64,000 nucleotides of DNA from Ancrocorticia sp. Its GTDB lineage: Bacteria; Actinomycetota; Actinomycetes; Actinomycetales; Actinomycetaceae. The notes under the pieces are model-generated. The model made no database searches. It was not told the DNA's origin and saw nothing but the letters and a program-made list of their open reading frames with translations. The stretch spans positions 3,151,898 through 3,215,897 of the forward strand of contig JASGHO010000001.1 in the NCBI GenBank assembly GCA_047602305.1, in the 5' to 3' direction. The translations under genes were made by a program, and so were the position numbers. Positions 10,962-21,500 of this stretch are shown piece after piece; position 1 is the stretch's first letter, and each line of letters opens with the position of its first letter.

Positions 10962-11963
10962 CTAGTACGCCCGCGCCCGCATCCCGGTGACGCCACTCGT
11001 CTGATACAGCTCATGGTGGTCAATCAGTTCACCGCGAGTAGGTAGGCTGGCGCCCGCTCGCGACACGGTGACCGCTGCCGCCGTGGACGCGTAGGCGATG
11101 AGCGTGTGCAGGCTGGCGTCGCTGATATCCCTGAGATATTCGCGATTGTGGGCGCCGTCCATTGAAATACGCGAGATTCCGTCGATGAGAGCGGCGAAGA
11201 ACGCGGCCCCTGCACCCACAGTATCCACCGTTGCAACACGCGGGGCAGGCTGGTTGAACACTCCACCACGTGCGGAATACACATCTGCACCATCGGAGCC
11301 GCGAGTGATGATGACAAGAGCCGGCCCGAGCGCAAGCCAGCGCCGAGCAACCTGCGCGGGGTCAACGAGCTGACCGTACAAAGCGCGAAGATCTGTCAGC
11401 GAGGCCTTGACGATGTCGGAGAGAGCCACGGATGAATCGACGATCTTGCGAGTCTCCGACAGGTCACCAATCAGTGCCTCACGGATATTGGGATCATAAA
11501 AGACCGTGGCGGTCTCCCGAAGCTGCTCAATCCAATGCCGCACTTTGGAAGCGCCAGGCTCGATGTGGGTCGAGAAAGAGCCGAAAGCCACCGACTGTGG
11601 GGCAAGGACTTCCAAATCAAGCTTGCATGCCGCTGAACTCGGGGTGTCTTGGATGTCCCACGTGAAGTCGAAGTCGTAGGCGAGCGTGCCATCTCGGTGA
11701 AGGTCCACGCGGGCGGCCGATGTGGGGCTGGTGCGCTCAGTGTCCGACCGCAGCCACAACTCCAAGCCGTTGGATGCGGCGTATTCGGAGAGCAGGGCGC
11801 CGTCGGCATCCAAACCGAAATCCGTGACGAGCCGGACTGTGCGCCCGAGCTTACGTAACCCAATCGCCACGTTGAGCATCGACCCACCGGGGTGGCGGGA
11901 CAGGGTGCCGTCGTGAGATCGGATGATGTCCACGAGGGCCTCGCCAATTACCAAGCAGCTCAC
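10962..11963 (-). CDS. PfkB family carbohydrate kinase
   Basis: 'IGEALVD', 'PGGSMLNVA.GL..LG', 'VDTVGAGAAF'. Confidence 0.88.
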   Translation of the reverse strand: MSCLVIGEALVDIIRSHDGTLSRHPGGSMLNVAIGLRKLGRTVRLVTDFGLDADGALLSEYAASNGLELWLRSDTERTSPTSAARVDLHRDGTLAYDFDFTWDIQDTPSSAACKLDLEVLAPQSVAFGSFSTHIEPGASKVRHWIEQLRETATVFYDPNIREALIGDLSETRKIVDSSVALSDIVKASLTDLRALYGQLVDPAQVARRWLALGPALVIITRGSDGADVYSARGGVFNQPAPRVATVDTVGAGAAFFAALIDGISRISMDGAHNREYLRDISDASLHTLIAYASTAAAVTVSRAGASLPTRGELIDHHELYQTSGVTGMRARAY

Positions 11964-12325
11964 GGTATCTCCTCACTGTCGGGGTGGTTAGCGGTGGAGG
12001 AGTCCGCGGGTGTTTTGGGTGAATGGGAGCCGGTTGTAGTGGAGCCGACCGTAGTGGAGTCAGTTGTTGTGGAGGGTTGTACTGACGCATCGGGAGTGGC
12101 CGACGCGTGATCCTGGGCGGCCTGCAGGCGCTTGCGGGCGCCGTCGAGCCATGACTGACAGTGCCGTGCCAAGGCCTCGCCCTGTTCCCACAGGGTGAGC
12201 GATTCTTCCAGCGAAATTGATCCCTGTTCCAGTCGCGTCACAATCTCAACGAGACGCGAGCGGGCTTCCTCATAGGAAAGCTTGCCAATGCCGTTATCGG
12301 GGTTGTTAGCGATGTAATCAACCAT
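11960..12325 (-). CDS. xseB: Exodeoxyribonuclease VII small subunit (Ser/Thr-rich C-terminal tail)
   Basis: 'LSYEEAR..LVEIV..LEQG..SLEESL.LWEQGE.LA..C'; follows xseA. Confidence 0.95.
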   Translation of the reverse strand: MVDYIANNPDNGIGKLSYEEARSRLVEIVTRLEQGSISLEESLTLWEQGEALARHCQSWLDGARKRLQAAQDHASATPDASVQPSTTTDSTTVGSTTTGSHSPKTPADSSTANHPDSEEIP

Positions 12326-13673
12326 GGCGAACTCCTTGACTGGCTGAAGTGACTGGGGAACCAGCTGATGTGACTGCCGGGTGGGCGGCAGGGGTGGTGG
12401 ACTGAGCCGGGTGGGCGGCGGTGGCGGCCGGGCTGGCTGACTCGACTATGACGCCGAGGGAACCTGACGCCAGAACCGCTCGCAATGATTCACCAGGGTG
12501 CGAGGATGCCGCGTTGCTAACGATGCTGCCGTCGGTTTTGTGCAGGATGGAATATCCGCGTTCCAACGTTGCCTGTGGTGACAGTGCCCGTAGCTGGGAG
12601 AGGGCCGTGTCGATTTCCGCGGTGGCGTTGTTGAGCCGGGCCGTGGTGTGGTGGACGAGCCATTGGCGAAGCATGGTGAGGTTGTCCTGGCGCATATCCA
12701 CCATGACGTGGGGGCGGGCAAGAACCGGGCGCGCCCTGAGCGAGTCAAGATCCCACTGCGCGGAATCGAGCCGGGCGACGACGGCGCGGCGGCCACGGCC
12801 CAGCGCCTCGGCTATCCCGGCAAACTCTTCGGCGACGTCCGGGACGATGCGTTTGGCGGCGTCGGTGGGCGTGGAGGCGCGCAGATCCGCAACGAAATCC
12901 AGGAGGGGGTTGTCGCCTTCGTGGCCGATCGCGGACACAACCGGGGTGCTGGCTGCGGCGACCGCGCGAATGAGGCGTTCATCGGAGAAGGGGAGAAGGT
13001 CTTCCACACTTCCGCCACCACGGGCAAAGACGATGACGTCCACCTCGGGATCTGCGTCCAGTGTGGCGAGCGCACCAAGGATTGCCTCGACGGCCCCGTT
13101 GCCCTGCACCTGGACCTCAAGAGTGGAGAAGGAAACAGCGGGCCAGCGCCCAGCAGCATTGACCTCGACATCCTCTTTGGCCTTGGTATTTCGGCCGCAA
13201 ATGAGGCCGATCTTGCGGGGGAGGAACGGAAGCGGAAGCTTGCGGGCCGGGTCGAAGAGCCCTTCGGCCGCCAGCTGCTTCTTGAGAAGTTCGAGGCGAG
13301 CGAGGATATCTCCCAGCCCCACGGGGCGAATTTCTTCCGCCCAGAGCGAGAGAGAGCCGTTGCCCTCGTAGAAATCAGGTTTTGCACAGACCACGACGCG
13401 GCTGCCAGACTGCACTGAATCGGGCAGCAGGAACGTCATGATCTTGACGGTGATGGAGTTGTTGACTTCCAGGTCACGGAGCGTCAGGAACTGAACCTTC
13501 GCACCGGGGCGGCGTTGTAATGTAATAACTTCACCCTCGACCCACAGGCGGGACATGGCTGCCACATATTCCTTGATTTTCGCAGACAACAGCCGCAGCG
13601 GCCAGGGCCGCTCCGGGGAGGTTGCTGCGGCCTGCTGTGGAAGGTCAGCAGGCACTGGAATCTTTGACGCCAT
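12318..13673 (-). CDS. xseA: Exodeoxyribonuclease VII large subunit
   Basis: 'LWVEGE', 'LFDPARK..LP', 'ARGGGS.EDL.PFSDE', 'SAIGHE.D..L.DFVAD.RASTPTDAA'. Confidence 0.96.
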   Translation of the reverse strand: MASKIPVPADLPQQAAATSPERPWPLRLLSAKIKEYVAAMSRLWVEGEVITLQRRPGAKVQFLTLRDLEVNNSITVKIMTFLLPDSVQSGSRVVVCAKPDFYEGNGSLSLWAEEIRPVGLGDILARLELLKKQLAAEGLFDPARKLPLPFLPRKIGLICGRNTKAKEDVEVNAAGRWPAVSFSTLEVQVQGNGAVEAILGALATLDADPEVDVIVFARGGGSVEDLLPFSDERLIRAVAAASTPVVSAIGHEGDNPLLDFVADLRASTPTDAAKRIVPDVAEEFAGIAEALGRGRRAVVARLDSAQWDLDSLRARPVLARPHVMVDMRQDNLTMLRQWLVHHTTARLNNATAEIDTALSQLRALSPQATLERGYSILHKTDGSIVSNAASSHPGESLRAVLASGSLGVIVESASPAATAAHPAQSTTPAAHPAVTSAGSPVTSASQGVRHG

Positions 13674-13929
13674 GCAACCATATTGACATTACGAAACCGA
13701 GAAACTCTGTGCCCTGCGTCCTAGCAGGGTGAAATGGTGATCTTCTTCGCGAAGACGGAGTCCTTCCATTTAGCCCGGACGGCGCGGGTGAGTGTTTGGA
13801 GAGTAGTAGGCGGCGACCTGGAGTGCAGGAGGGGCCTGGGCGCCGTGGTTGGCAGGTGAGTGTGAACTCTGAGCGAGGTGTGCGCTGTTGCTCTCGCGTT
13901 TTTGGAGTCATCCCAAGTACTCTGAGGGG

Positions 13930-15066
13930 GTGACTGCCCTTGAATCCGCTGAATCCACAGCTGCCTCCGGTTTCTCTGCTGGCCCCACCATTTCGTTGGC
14001 GGGTGCCTCGGCATTTCCTTCGGACGTTCCGTCGAGTCCTTCGCTGGACGGGCGCCGGATTCTGTTGGCGACTCCACGCGGATATTGCGCCGGCGTGGAT
14101 CGAGCTGTCGACGCCGTCGAGAAGGCCCTGGAGTTGTATGGTGCGCCGGTGTACGTGCGCAAGGAGATCGTCCACAACAAGTACGTTGTGGAAACGTTGA
14201 GTAGGCGCGGTGCGATTTTCGTGTCGGAGACGGACGAGGTGCCCGAGGGCGCTCGCGTGGTGTTTTCGGCCCACGGTGTGTCCCCGCAGGTTCATGCGGA
14301 GGCTGCGGCACGCCAGCTGGAGACGATTGACGCCACCTGCCCCTTGGTGACGAAAGTACACAAGCAGGCTGTTCGTTTCGCCAAGGACGATTACGATATT
14401 CTCCTCATCGGACACGTTGGCCACGAGGAGGTTGAGGGCACCCAGGGCGAGGCACCCGAGCACATTCAGGTGGTCAATGGTCCTGAAGACGTGGACAAGG
14501 TTAGCGTGCGTGACCCGGATAAGGTGGTGTGGATTTCCCAGACCACCCTCTCGGTTGACGAGACTCTCAAGACCGTGGATCTGCTGCGCGAGAAGTTCCC
14601 GAATCTCAACAACCCGCCGTCGGACGATATTTGCTATGCCACCCAGAACCGTCAGGGCGCCATCAAAGCGATGGCTCCCGATTGCGATGCGGTGATCGTG
14701 GTGGGGTCGGCCAATTCCTCGAACTCGGTACGCCTGGTGGAGGTTGCGCTGGAGTATGGTGCCAGCGCTGCTTACCGGGTGGATACCGCGGATGAAGTGG
14801 ATCCGGCGTGGCTTGAGGGCGTCACGACCGTGGGTTTGACGTCCGGCGCCTCGGTTCCTGAGATTCTGGTTCGTGAGGTGGTGGAGAAGCTCCGCGGCCT
14901 CGGCTACCCGGAAGTTGACCTTGTAACGACGGCGACCGAAGACATCCGTTTCACCCTTCCCAAGAACCTGCGCGCCGACCTCAAGGCCACCGGCGTGCAG
15001 CCCGATCGCCCGGTCAAGGCGCGCGAGCGCCGCGCGGCCCGTGAACGCCCAGGCAGCGAAGGATAA
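13930..15066 (+). CDS. ispH: 4-hydroxy-3-methylbut-2-enyl diphosphate reductase
   Basis: '[11 protein letters not shown]', 'IVHN', '[11 protein letters not shown]', 'ICYATQNRQ', 'SSNS'; start uncertain. Confidence 0.97.
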   Translation: MTALESAESTAASGFSAGPTISLAGASAFPSDVPSSPSLDGRRILLATPRGYCAGVDRAVDAVEKALELYGAPVYVRKEIVHNKYVVETLSRRGAIFVSETDEVPEGARVVFSAHGVSPQVHAEAAARQLETIDATCPLVTKVHKQAVRFAKDDYDILLIGHVGHEEVEGTQGEAPEHIQVVNGPEDVDKVSVRDPDKVVWISQTTLSVDETLKTVDLLREKFPNLNNPPSDDICYATQNRQGAIKAMAPDCDAVIVVGSANSSNSVRLVEVALEYGASAAYRVDTADEVDPAWLEGVTTVGLTSGASVPEILVREVVEKLRGLGYPEVDLVTTATEDIRFTLPKNLRADLKATGVQPDRPVKARERRAARERPGSEG

Positions 15067-15197
15067 CTATCTCGTGTGGCGCGGCGCCACACTCTATGAC
15101 GAGCGCCGTACCAATCACGAAGTCTGGTTGCGCTTACAGGCAGACGTTCCTGTAGATAGCCATTCCTGCGGGTGAACTGCTCATGCTTGATGATCGG

Positions 15198-16415
15198 TCA
15201 CCCGGCGGCTTTCTCACCCCCTTCGGTGCCTTCTGGACTCAGCAAGCCCGAGGTGAAATGGCGAACCTGCCCTTTCTCCGAGCTGACTTCCTTGGGCGTG
15301 ACCAGTGGGGAATCGATGGACTCGAAGGAGCGCGCGGTGACCAGCAAGCGAGACTCGATCGAGGCCACGGTGCGGTTGTAGGCAGTGACAGAACGCTGAA
15401 GCGAGGATCCCAGGGAATCAAGGTGCCCCGCAACAGTATTGAGCCGCTGCACGAGAGTACGCCCGAGATACATAATTTCCTGCGCCTCTTCGCTGACCTG
15501 CGCAGAGGCCCAGATCGTTGCCACCGCACGGAGAAGCGCCAGGAGTGAGCTGGGGGAGGTGGGCGTGATGCCCAATCGAAGAGCATCCTCCAGAAGAGCG
15601 GCATCGGCGGCCAACGCCTCCGAGAGCAGGGACTCAGCAGGCAGGAACATCACTGTGAACTGTGGAGATCCGGGGAACTGTGCCGGGTAATTGCGCTTGC
15701 CCAGTTCGTTGATGTGAGCGCGCATGGCCTTGGCGTGCTCAGACATAAGCTCTGCTCGTGCCCGACGTGATGCGGCATCCTGCCCCGTGATGTCCTGGGC
15801 GCGAAGCATGGCGCTCAAGGGAACCTTGGCATCAACGGCAAGGTGGAAACCCCCGGGCAGATGCACCGTGAGATCGGGGCGCGAGGCCGAACCTGACTCG
15901 GAAACCTGGCCCGTGGCTTGCTGAAGCGAGAAATCCACGTGGGGGAGCATGCCAGCGGCCTCCACAATTCTGCGCAGCTCGATCTCTCCCCAGGTGCCGC
16001 GCGCAGAGTTTGAGGTTAAAGCAGTGCGCAACGAACTCGTTTCGCGAGCCAGCTCGCGCTGCGTGCGGTTTGCCTGCCCAAGTTGCTCTTGCAGCTCAGC
16101 GCGCTGTGCCACCTGTGTTTCCTGAAGGCCCTGGACACGCCTATTCATGGTGTCGAGCTGTTGGGCGAGGGGAGCAAGCGCCCGCAGGATGTCCTGATCG
16201 GAGCGCGCCCGGTCAATGAGGGCGTTGTTCTCCTCCTCCAGGCGCTCGGCCCGTGCCGTAGCGGCAGCGGCATTCGACTGTATTCGGGCCAGTTCCTGCG
16301 CCTCCTGCCCCGGAGCACGAGCCATCCTGACCTGCGCAAAGAAGTACCCGACGGCCATGCCCAGAGCAACGAGCACGACCGCCAGCAGAAAGAAGACAGG
16401 AAGCGAAATGTTCAT
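15198..16415 (-). CDS. rmuC: DNA recombination protein RmuC
   Basis: N-terminal TM plus coiled coil, 'RGTWGE.ELRR.VE.AGM', 'RPD...LPG...VDAKVP', 'VMFLPAE'. Confidence 0.92.
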   Translation of the reverse strand: MNISLPVFFLLAVVLVALGMAVGYFFAQVRMARAPGQEAQELARIQSNAAAATARAERLEEENNALIDRARSDQDILRALAPLAQQLDTMNRRVQGLQETQVAQRAELQEQLGQANRTQRELARETSSLRTALTSNSARGTWGEIELRRIVEAAGMLPHVDFSLQQATGQVSESGSASRPDLTVHLPGGFHLAVDAKVPLSAMLRAQDITGQDAASRRARAELMSEHAKAMRAHINELGKRNYPAQFPGSPQFTVMFLPAESLLSEALAADAALLEDALRLGITPTSPSSLLALLRAVATIWASAQVSEEAQEIMYLGRTLVQRLNTVAGHLDSLGSSLQRSVTAYNRTVASIESRLLVTARSFESIDSPLVTPKEVSSEKGQVRHFTSGLLSPEGTEGGEKAAG

Positions 16416-16515
16416 GGCTCTAGTTCACCACGAGCCTCCGACACATTTTGCCGCCGGGCCGGATTTCCACCCAATACAGATGGGCTACTCCGGTCTCCTC
16501 CTCAATGCGGACGAG

Positions 16516-17550
16516 CTATACGTCAGTCGATGAAGTTGACGATGTCGATGCTCCTGGTGCGGGGCGGCGAACCCTACGAACAATAACGAAAACCACCGCG
16601 GCGAGGACAAGAATAATAACCGCTACCGTGCTCCACGACACCGCGAAATCGGATAGAGACACAGCAACCTTCTCCGGAAGTGGCGTGGTATCCGAGCCGA
16701 TCGACACCGGTGTCACCGTGAGTTCCCCGCTCAGCCGGATGAGGGGGAGCGCAGCAATCTCCATCGACTGGGTCACCGTGTCTCCGGGAAGAAGTTCAAC
16801 GGGAGCATCTGTGACGCCCGAGGCGGCTCCAAGTCCAAACGGCCCCTGGGTGTGCCCGCTGATGACCGCGCCCGTACGCACGTTCCCCGTGTTCACCAGC
16901 GTGTACGTCATGCGTGCGGTGCCCTGAGCAAACGGTACCGCCGACGGTTCAAACGTCAGCTCACTCGACGTGATCTCCAGCGCGGGTGCGATATTTCCGG
17001 TTACTTGAAGATGGAGCCGAACACCCACACGGTGCGTGACGGTGACGCCGTCGCCCTGCTGACTCAGCGCCACGACGATACCGGCTGGGTGATCGCCGGG
17101 AACCGCGTCGCCCGGCACCGCAATAGAAACGGGCAGCACCCGGCTCTCACCGGCTGCGAGAGTGAGGGCGCCGTCGTCGAGACCGTCGACCGTGATCCAC
17201 GCACCGGAGTCTTCTGGGTCGCCTGCTGCGATGTCGAACGCTCCGTTTGCTCCGACGACGCCGTCGCCCGCGTACACCTTGAAAACGCCTTCCGTACTTC
17301 CCGTGTTGCGTACTTCGATAGCGTCGCTCACCGTGGAACCGGGGTCCAGTTCGTGCCGCAAGGAAATGCGCCCGTCAGCGCCGTTGGCGTCTGTGGGAAC
17401 AACCGTCCACTCGACGCTGCTGGCGGTGGGCGAAGCGGACATGACGGAGACGGGAGCTGCGACAGGAAGAGCGGAGGCGACACTTGGTGTGAGCAGCGTG
17501 AGCGCCGCCGAAATGGCAGCGCTCAGAAGATTGATGCGGCGAAAGTGCAT
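16516..17550 (-). CDS. Secreted/membrane DUF916-like (WxL-interacting) protein
   Basis: Signal peptide, 'LDPGSTVSDAI.V.N', 'P.DA.PGDH.AGIVV', 'RVGVRLHL.V.G', C-terminal TM with RRVRR stop-transfer. Confidence 0.65.
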   Translation of the reverse strand: MHFRRINLLSAAISAALTLLTPSVASALPVAAPVSVMSASPTASSVEWTVVPTDANGADGRISLRHELDPGSTVSDAIEVRNTGSTEGVFKVYAGDGVVGANGAFDIAAGDPEDSGAWITVDGLDDGALTLAAGESRVLPVSIAVPGDAVPGDHPAGIVVALSQQGDGVTVTHRVGVRLHLQVTGNIAPALEITSSELTFEPSAVPFAQGTARMTYTLVNTGNVRTGAVISGHTQGPFGLGAASGVTDAPVELLPGDTVTQSMEIAALPLIRLSGELTVTPVSIGSDTTPLPEKVAVSLSDFAVSWSTVAVIILVLAAVVFVIVRRVRRPAPGASTSSTSSTDV

Positions 17551-17619
17551 GGAATGAACTCCAGGACGTGATTGGGATAGTCGGGCGAATAGAACAGGGG
17601 TGATGTGATCAGGCAGCCG

Positions 17620-17653
17620 AATGGGGGCCGAGACGGATCCCGGCCCCCATTCG
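17620..17653 (-). terminator. Stem-loop between phosphatase and DUF916-like gene
   Basis: GAATGGGGGCCG...CGGCCCCCATTC arms. Confidence 0.5.
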
Positions 17654-17658
17654 TCAGG

Positions 17659-19545
17659 TCAGTCCTGCGCGAACAGTGAGAGTGTGATCTCGCTGCCGTA
17701 GTTGCCGGCCTTGGCGTCGGCGGGGACGGTCAGGGCGAGATCCGCGCCCACGACGGTGCTGCCCACACGCGATTTCAGGTCGGCGCTGGCGAGTACCGCC
17801 GGAACCTCTAGTGTGGAGGCCACGCCACTTGAGGCTCCGTTGTCGCTCGCAATGATGCGGGGCGTCCAGGAGAGTGCGTCGGCACCGAAGGAACGGTTTC
17901 CTGCGACGAAGTCGCGTGCGGTACCCGAAAGCGTCCAGCCGTTGCCCTGTGCCTGCACGTCGTTGCGGGAGTCGAGCACGGTTGCTTCGGGCAACTCACC
18001 CGCGAGGGTCGAGCTGTCACCAGCTAGAACAACAGGGGTGCTCGCTTCGACGGAAAGGCGCAGGCTGCCGGCGGGCACGGCCTCGCGAACGACGGCGGCG
18101 TTGATACCGACGGCGTTGAGATCGCCGCTCGCGCTGTGACCGAGGAAGTCGAAGATGACCTCGCCGATATCAGTGTTATCGAGGTAGGCTCCCCGCACGT
18201 TGTCCCAGTTGACCGCGCGTGCGGCAAGGATGTCCGATCCGGCGCCATTGGCGAAGATCGGGACGAGGGAATTTGTGTGGTTACCCGAGTGCCAGCTGAC
18301 GCTCGGAAGCTCGCCAGCCTTGCCCTCCAGCGGGGTCCATCCGGTCTCGGTGCCAGCACCGGTGCCAGACAGGAAGCCCGTCTCGTGATCGGCGGTAACG
18401 ATCACGAGAGTCTCATCCCAGCTGCTGTTGGTCTCCACCCAGTCGCTCACAGCTTCGACGGAATCGTTGAAGCTGACCTGCTCTTCGACGAGGCGGGTGG
18501 TCTGGTTGGCGTGGCCAGCCCAGTCAACGGCGCCGCCCTCGATCATGAGGAAGAATCCATCCTCATCCTGTTCGAGTACGTTGAGAGCCGCCTTGGCGGC
18601 GGTCTCCAGCGAGGGGACGTCGGTGTTGAGCGGATCCGAGAAAGGCAGCACGTTGTTGTTGGTCTCGAGTCCGGGACGGTTGTACTGAAGAGTCTCGGCT
18701 ACGCGTGCGAGGCCGAAGAGCTTGTCAGGAACGTTCTCGCCCGCAGCGATCTGTTCGAACTGGCTCTTGCTCTCGATGTAGGTGAAAGGCGTCTGACCAG
18801 AGGAAACGCGCTCGAAATCTGCCTGCGAGATCCATGAGCCCTCACCGTAATGGGACGTGCGGGGCTTGTTGGCGTCGGTGTAGTTGGGGTGACCGCCGCC
18901 GATCACGACATCCACGCCGGAGTCAATGATCTCGTTGGCAATGCCGTGGTTGTCCCAACGGTCAGGGTTGTGGGCGATGAATCCCGCGGGAGTGGCATGG
19001 GCGAAGGGCACCGAGGTGACGAGGCCGACTGCCTTGCCAACTTCCTGGGCCTGCTCACCGAGCGTGAGCAACTGATCGCCCTGCGGGGTAATGCCCAGGA
19101 TGCCGTTGTTCGTCTTGACTCCGGTGCCGAGTGCTGTGCCAGCCGCTGCGGAATCGGTGGGGCCTTCCTTGACCCAGTCGAATGAACCCCATGCTTCGTT
19201 CGTGTCGTAGTAGCCGCGGCCGCTTGCCGAGTAATGAGATTGGCTGAGCTGGACCGGCCACGTCTCGTAGACCTGTACTGGCTCGCCAGGAATGTTGGTG
19301 ATCGCGCCAGTCTTGGGATCAACGGCGACCTGATGGCTGGCCTGGCCGGATTCGTAGATGCTCGCGATGTCGTACTGGTTGTAGCCAGCACCGTCGGCAA
19401 TCAGGAGGATGACGTTCTTCGGGGTGCCCGAGGAGTTGGTGTCGGTGGTGGTCGCGAGGGCTGGGACGCAGGTCACCGCAAGTGTGGTGGCCGCACTTGC
19501 AGCGATGAGCGTGAACTTGCGCCGAGGCGCCGCTCTCTTGGACAT
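17659..19545 (-). CDS. Secreted alkaline phosphatase (PhoA family) with C-terminal WxL-like domain
   Basis: 'ILLIADGAG', 'TDSAAAGTALGTG.KT.NG' (Ser nucleophile), 'MIEGGAVDWAGH', 'VTADHETG'; tail 'VLDSR...GWTLSG...VPADAKAGNYGSEITLSL'. Confidence 0.85.
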   Translation of the reverse strand: MSKRAAPRRKFTLIAASAATTLAVTCVPALATTTDTNSSGTPKNVILLIADGAGYNQYDIASIYESGQASHQVAVDPKTGAITNIPGEPVQVYETWPVQLSQSHYSASGRGYYDTNEAWGSFDWVKEGPTDSAAAGTALGTGVKTNNGILGITPQGDQLLTLGEQAQEVGKAVGLVTSVPFAHATPAGFIAHNPDRWDNHGIANEIIDSGVDVVIGGGHPNYTDANKPRTSHYGEGSWISQADFERVSSGQTPFTYIESKSQFEQIAAGENVPDKLFGLARVAETLQYNRPGLETNNNVLPFSDPLNTDVPSLETAAKAALNVLEQDEDGFFLMIEGGAVDWAGHANQTTRLVEEQVSFNDSVEAVSDWVETNSSWDETLVIVTADHETGFLSGTGAGTETGWTPLEGKAGELPSVSWHSGNHTNSLVPIFANGAGSDILAARAVNWDNVRGAYLDNTDIGEVIFDFLGHSASGDLNAVGINAAVVREAVPAGSLRLSVEASTPVVLAGDSSTLAGELPEATVLDSRNDVQAQGNGWTLSGTARDFVAGNRSFGADALSWTPRIIASDNGASSGVASTLEVPAVLASADLKSRVGSTVVGADLALTVPADAKAGNYGSEITLSLFAQD

Positions 19546-19953
19546 GTCTGTCTCCGCTTCATTTCGGAAATAAGGCATGCGGGAGGCTGATGCACCCGCT
19601 CTTTCACTTTGCTTGAAAGAAATGAAGCTCAACCGTTCTGTACCCAAAATTCCGGTGAACGCTCACGGGCGCTCTGGCAAACAAGCCAATGTGTGTATCG
19701 CAGCGTTCTCCGTGCCGTCCACGGCATACGGAACGCTGTGGTGCACAGTTTGGATTCTTATCTTCTTTCTCATTCTTTCTCGTAACAATCCGGCCATAGC
19801 CGGTTACGGTTTGGTTGAGTCAGTCGCCGGTAAGCGCTCCACAACGTAGCGTTGACGTCAAGAGATCCAGCCAATAGGTCGTGGTCTATCAGAGCAATCT
19901 CTACGTGGCGAGCTATCTCACCCCGCCGCTAGAGCCATGACGAAGGAGTCATC

Positions 19954-21345
19954 ATGTCATCCCGATCAAGAGATCACGCCAATAGGCCATGGCCGAACCC
20001 ATTGGCGCAACCTCTAAGCAAGAGTTCCCAATTCCTCCAACGTTCCGTCGCGGCGGTTGCCGTGGCATCACTGGCGTTCTTCGCCGCCGGATGCAATGAC
20101 AAGACTGACGATCCATCCTCCACCCCGACCACTCCCACCACCTCGGCCCCCACGTCAACCGAAGCGGCGACCGCCGCGCCCGGAGGAAATACGGGAGAAC
20201 CCGCGCCGTCGTCGTCAAAGCCGGTGGCCCTGGCCATTGACTTCGCGAGTGGGGTGCGCGAGGCGTGGGTCATTGACGCGTGGCGTGTGGTGGACGTGAA
20301 CGAGACCTATCTTCTGGTGGAGGACGAATCCAATGTCGTGAGTGCGTACGACATCACGGGCGAGGAACCGGAACTGCTGTGGAAGAAGATGGATGATCCC
20401 AACGCCAAGATCAGGTACCTTTTCTGGGGCAATTTGGCAGTCACCAACAGGGCCCAGGCCTTTGACCTCCACTCCGGCGAACCCGTCCCGGTGGACTGGT
20501 CGGATGACGATTGGGGCAGCAATCCGGATCTCGCCGTCAGTGGTGACACGCTCGTGGTGTGCGAAGCAGTCGGCTGCAGTGGGTTTGCTCCGGACGGCAC
20601 CACGCGCTGGAGTGATCCGGACCTGACTTGGACGCAGCTGCGTGTCAACGGAGAAGGAGCCGTCGCCGGGTTGGTCAGCATGGCGAACGCTCCGTCGCTG
20701 CCGAGCGCCGTCATTCTTCCCAGTGGCGAGACGGTCCTCTTTGCCGACGGCATACGCGACGCCCTCGCGAAGGACGGATGCGGCGTTGCCGAGGATGATC
20801 TGCTGGCGGCAGCCAACCTCGGTGGGCTGAGGCCTCTCTCCGATGGCTGGCTGGTCACGGTAGCATTCGACGCTGACAAGCTGGAGGGCGAGCCACCCGC
20901 GGAGGGACGCGTCTACCACGTGCTCTTCTCCTCCGACGGCACCCTCGTCAACTCGTTCGGATTCGACGGGAATGATGCGCTCCTGCCCAACGTCGCCATC
21001 AGTTCCACGAGCACGCTCCTGCCGAGCGTGAAGGACTGGGAGAACCAGTTCCAGAACCCGGATCCGTGGCTTGTTTGCGACGGCGCCACCTGCACAATCA
21101 ACGCAAATCCCATTGAGGACTTCACCGCCGTCAATTCCGCAACGGCACTCGGTGAGGGCGGGACGCTCCTTCTTCACAGGAACCCCGGTCAGTACGCGCC
21201 CGGTCGGATCGCGGTGGTGACCGCGGAAGGCGACACCTCGTGGGACCTGGAGCTGTCGGGCGAGTCCATCTACGCCCCGCGCCCCGATCTCATCATCGCC
21301 GCCGGCGTGAACGGCACCCGGACGATCACCGGGGTGGCCCCGTAG
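19954..21345 (+). CDS. Putative lipoprotein, probable beta-propeller (paralog 1)
   Basis: Lipobox FAAGC, Thr/Pro-rich linker, W-containing repeats; RBS GAAGGAG. Confidence 0.7.
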   Translation: MSSRSRDHANRPWPNPLAQPLSKSSQFLQRSVAAVAVASLAFFAAGCNDKTDDPSSTPTTPTTSAPTSTEAATAAPGGNTGEPAPSSSKPVALAIDFASGVREAWVIDAWRVVDVNETYLLVEDESNVVSAYDITGEEPELLWKKMDDPNAKIRYLFWGNLAVTNRAQAFDLHSGEPVPVDWSDDDWGSNPDLAVSGDTLVVCEAVGCSGFAPDGTTRWSDPDLTWTQLRVNGEGAVAGLVSMANAPSLPSAVILPSGETVLFADGIRDALAKDGCGVAEDDLLAAANLGGLRPLSDGWLVTVAFDADKLEGEPPAEGRVYHVLFSSDGTLVNSFGFDGNDALLPNVAISSTSTLLPSVKDWENQFQNPDPWLVCDGATCTINANPIEDFTAVNSATALGEGGTLLLHRNPGQYAPGRIAVVTAEGDTSWDLELSGESIYAPRPDLIIAAGVNGTRTITGVAP

Positions 21346-21361
21346 CTCCGATGCGGTGATG

Positions 21362-21409
21362 AACGACGGCGGCGCTGCCCGGCGAGTACGTGGGCGGGGC
21401 GCCGTCGTC
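21362..21409. repeat. REP-like element, subfamily S (one internal unit)
   Basis: ACGACGGCGGCG...GAGTACGTGGGCGGGGCGCCGTCGT. Confidence 0.7.
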
Positions 21410-21423
21410 CTTCCGTCACGAAC

Positions 21424-21500
21424 GAGTGATAGCCCGGTTAAGGAGTGATAGCGATGACAGCGTCCGCGCTATCAACTCTTTGCCGCGCTATCACTCCTTT
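21424..21500. repeat. Palindromic GGAGTGATAG element, copy 1
   Basis: AAGGAGTGATAGCG...CGCTATCACTCCTT; inverted near-identical copy at 47596-47670. Confidence 0.8.

Noticed and set aside
13674-13929. ncRNA between xseA and ispH
   Set aside because: No convincing stems or known motif; may simply hold divergent promoters.
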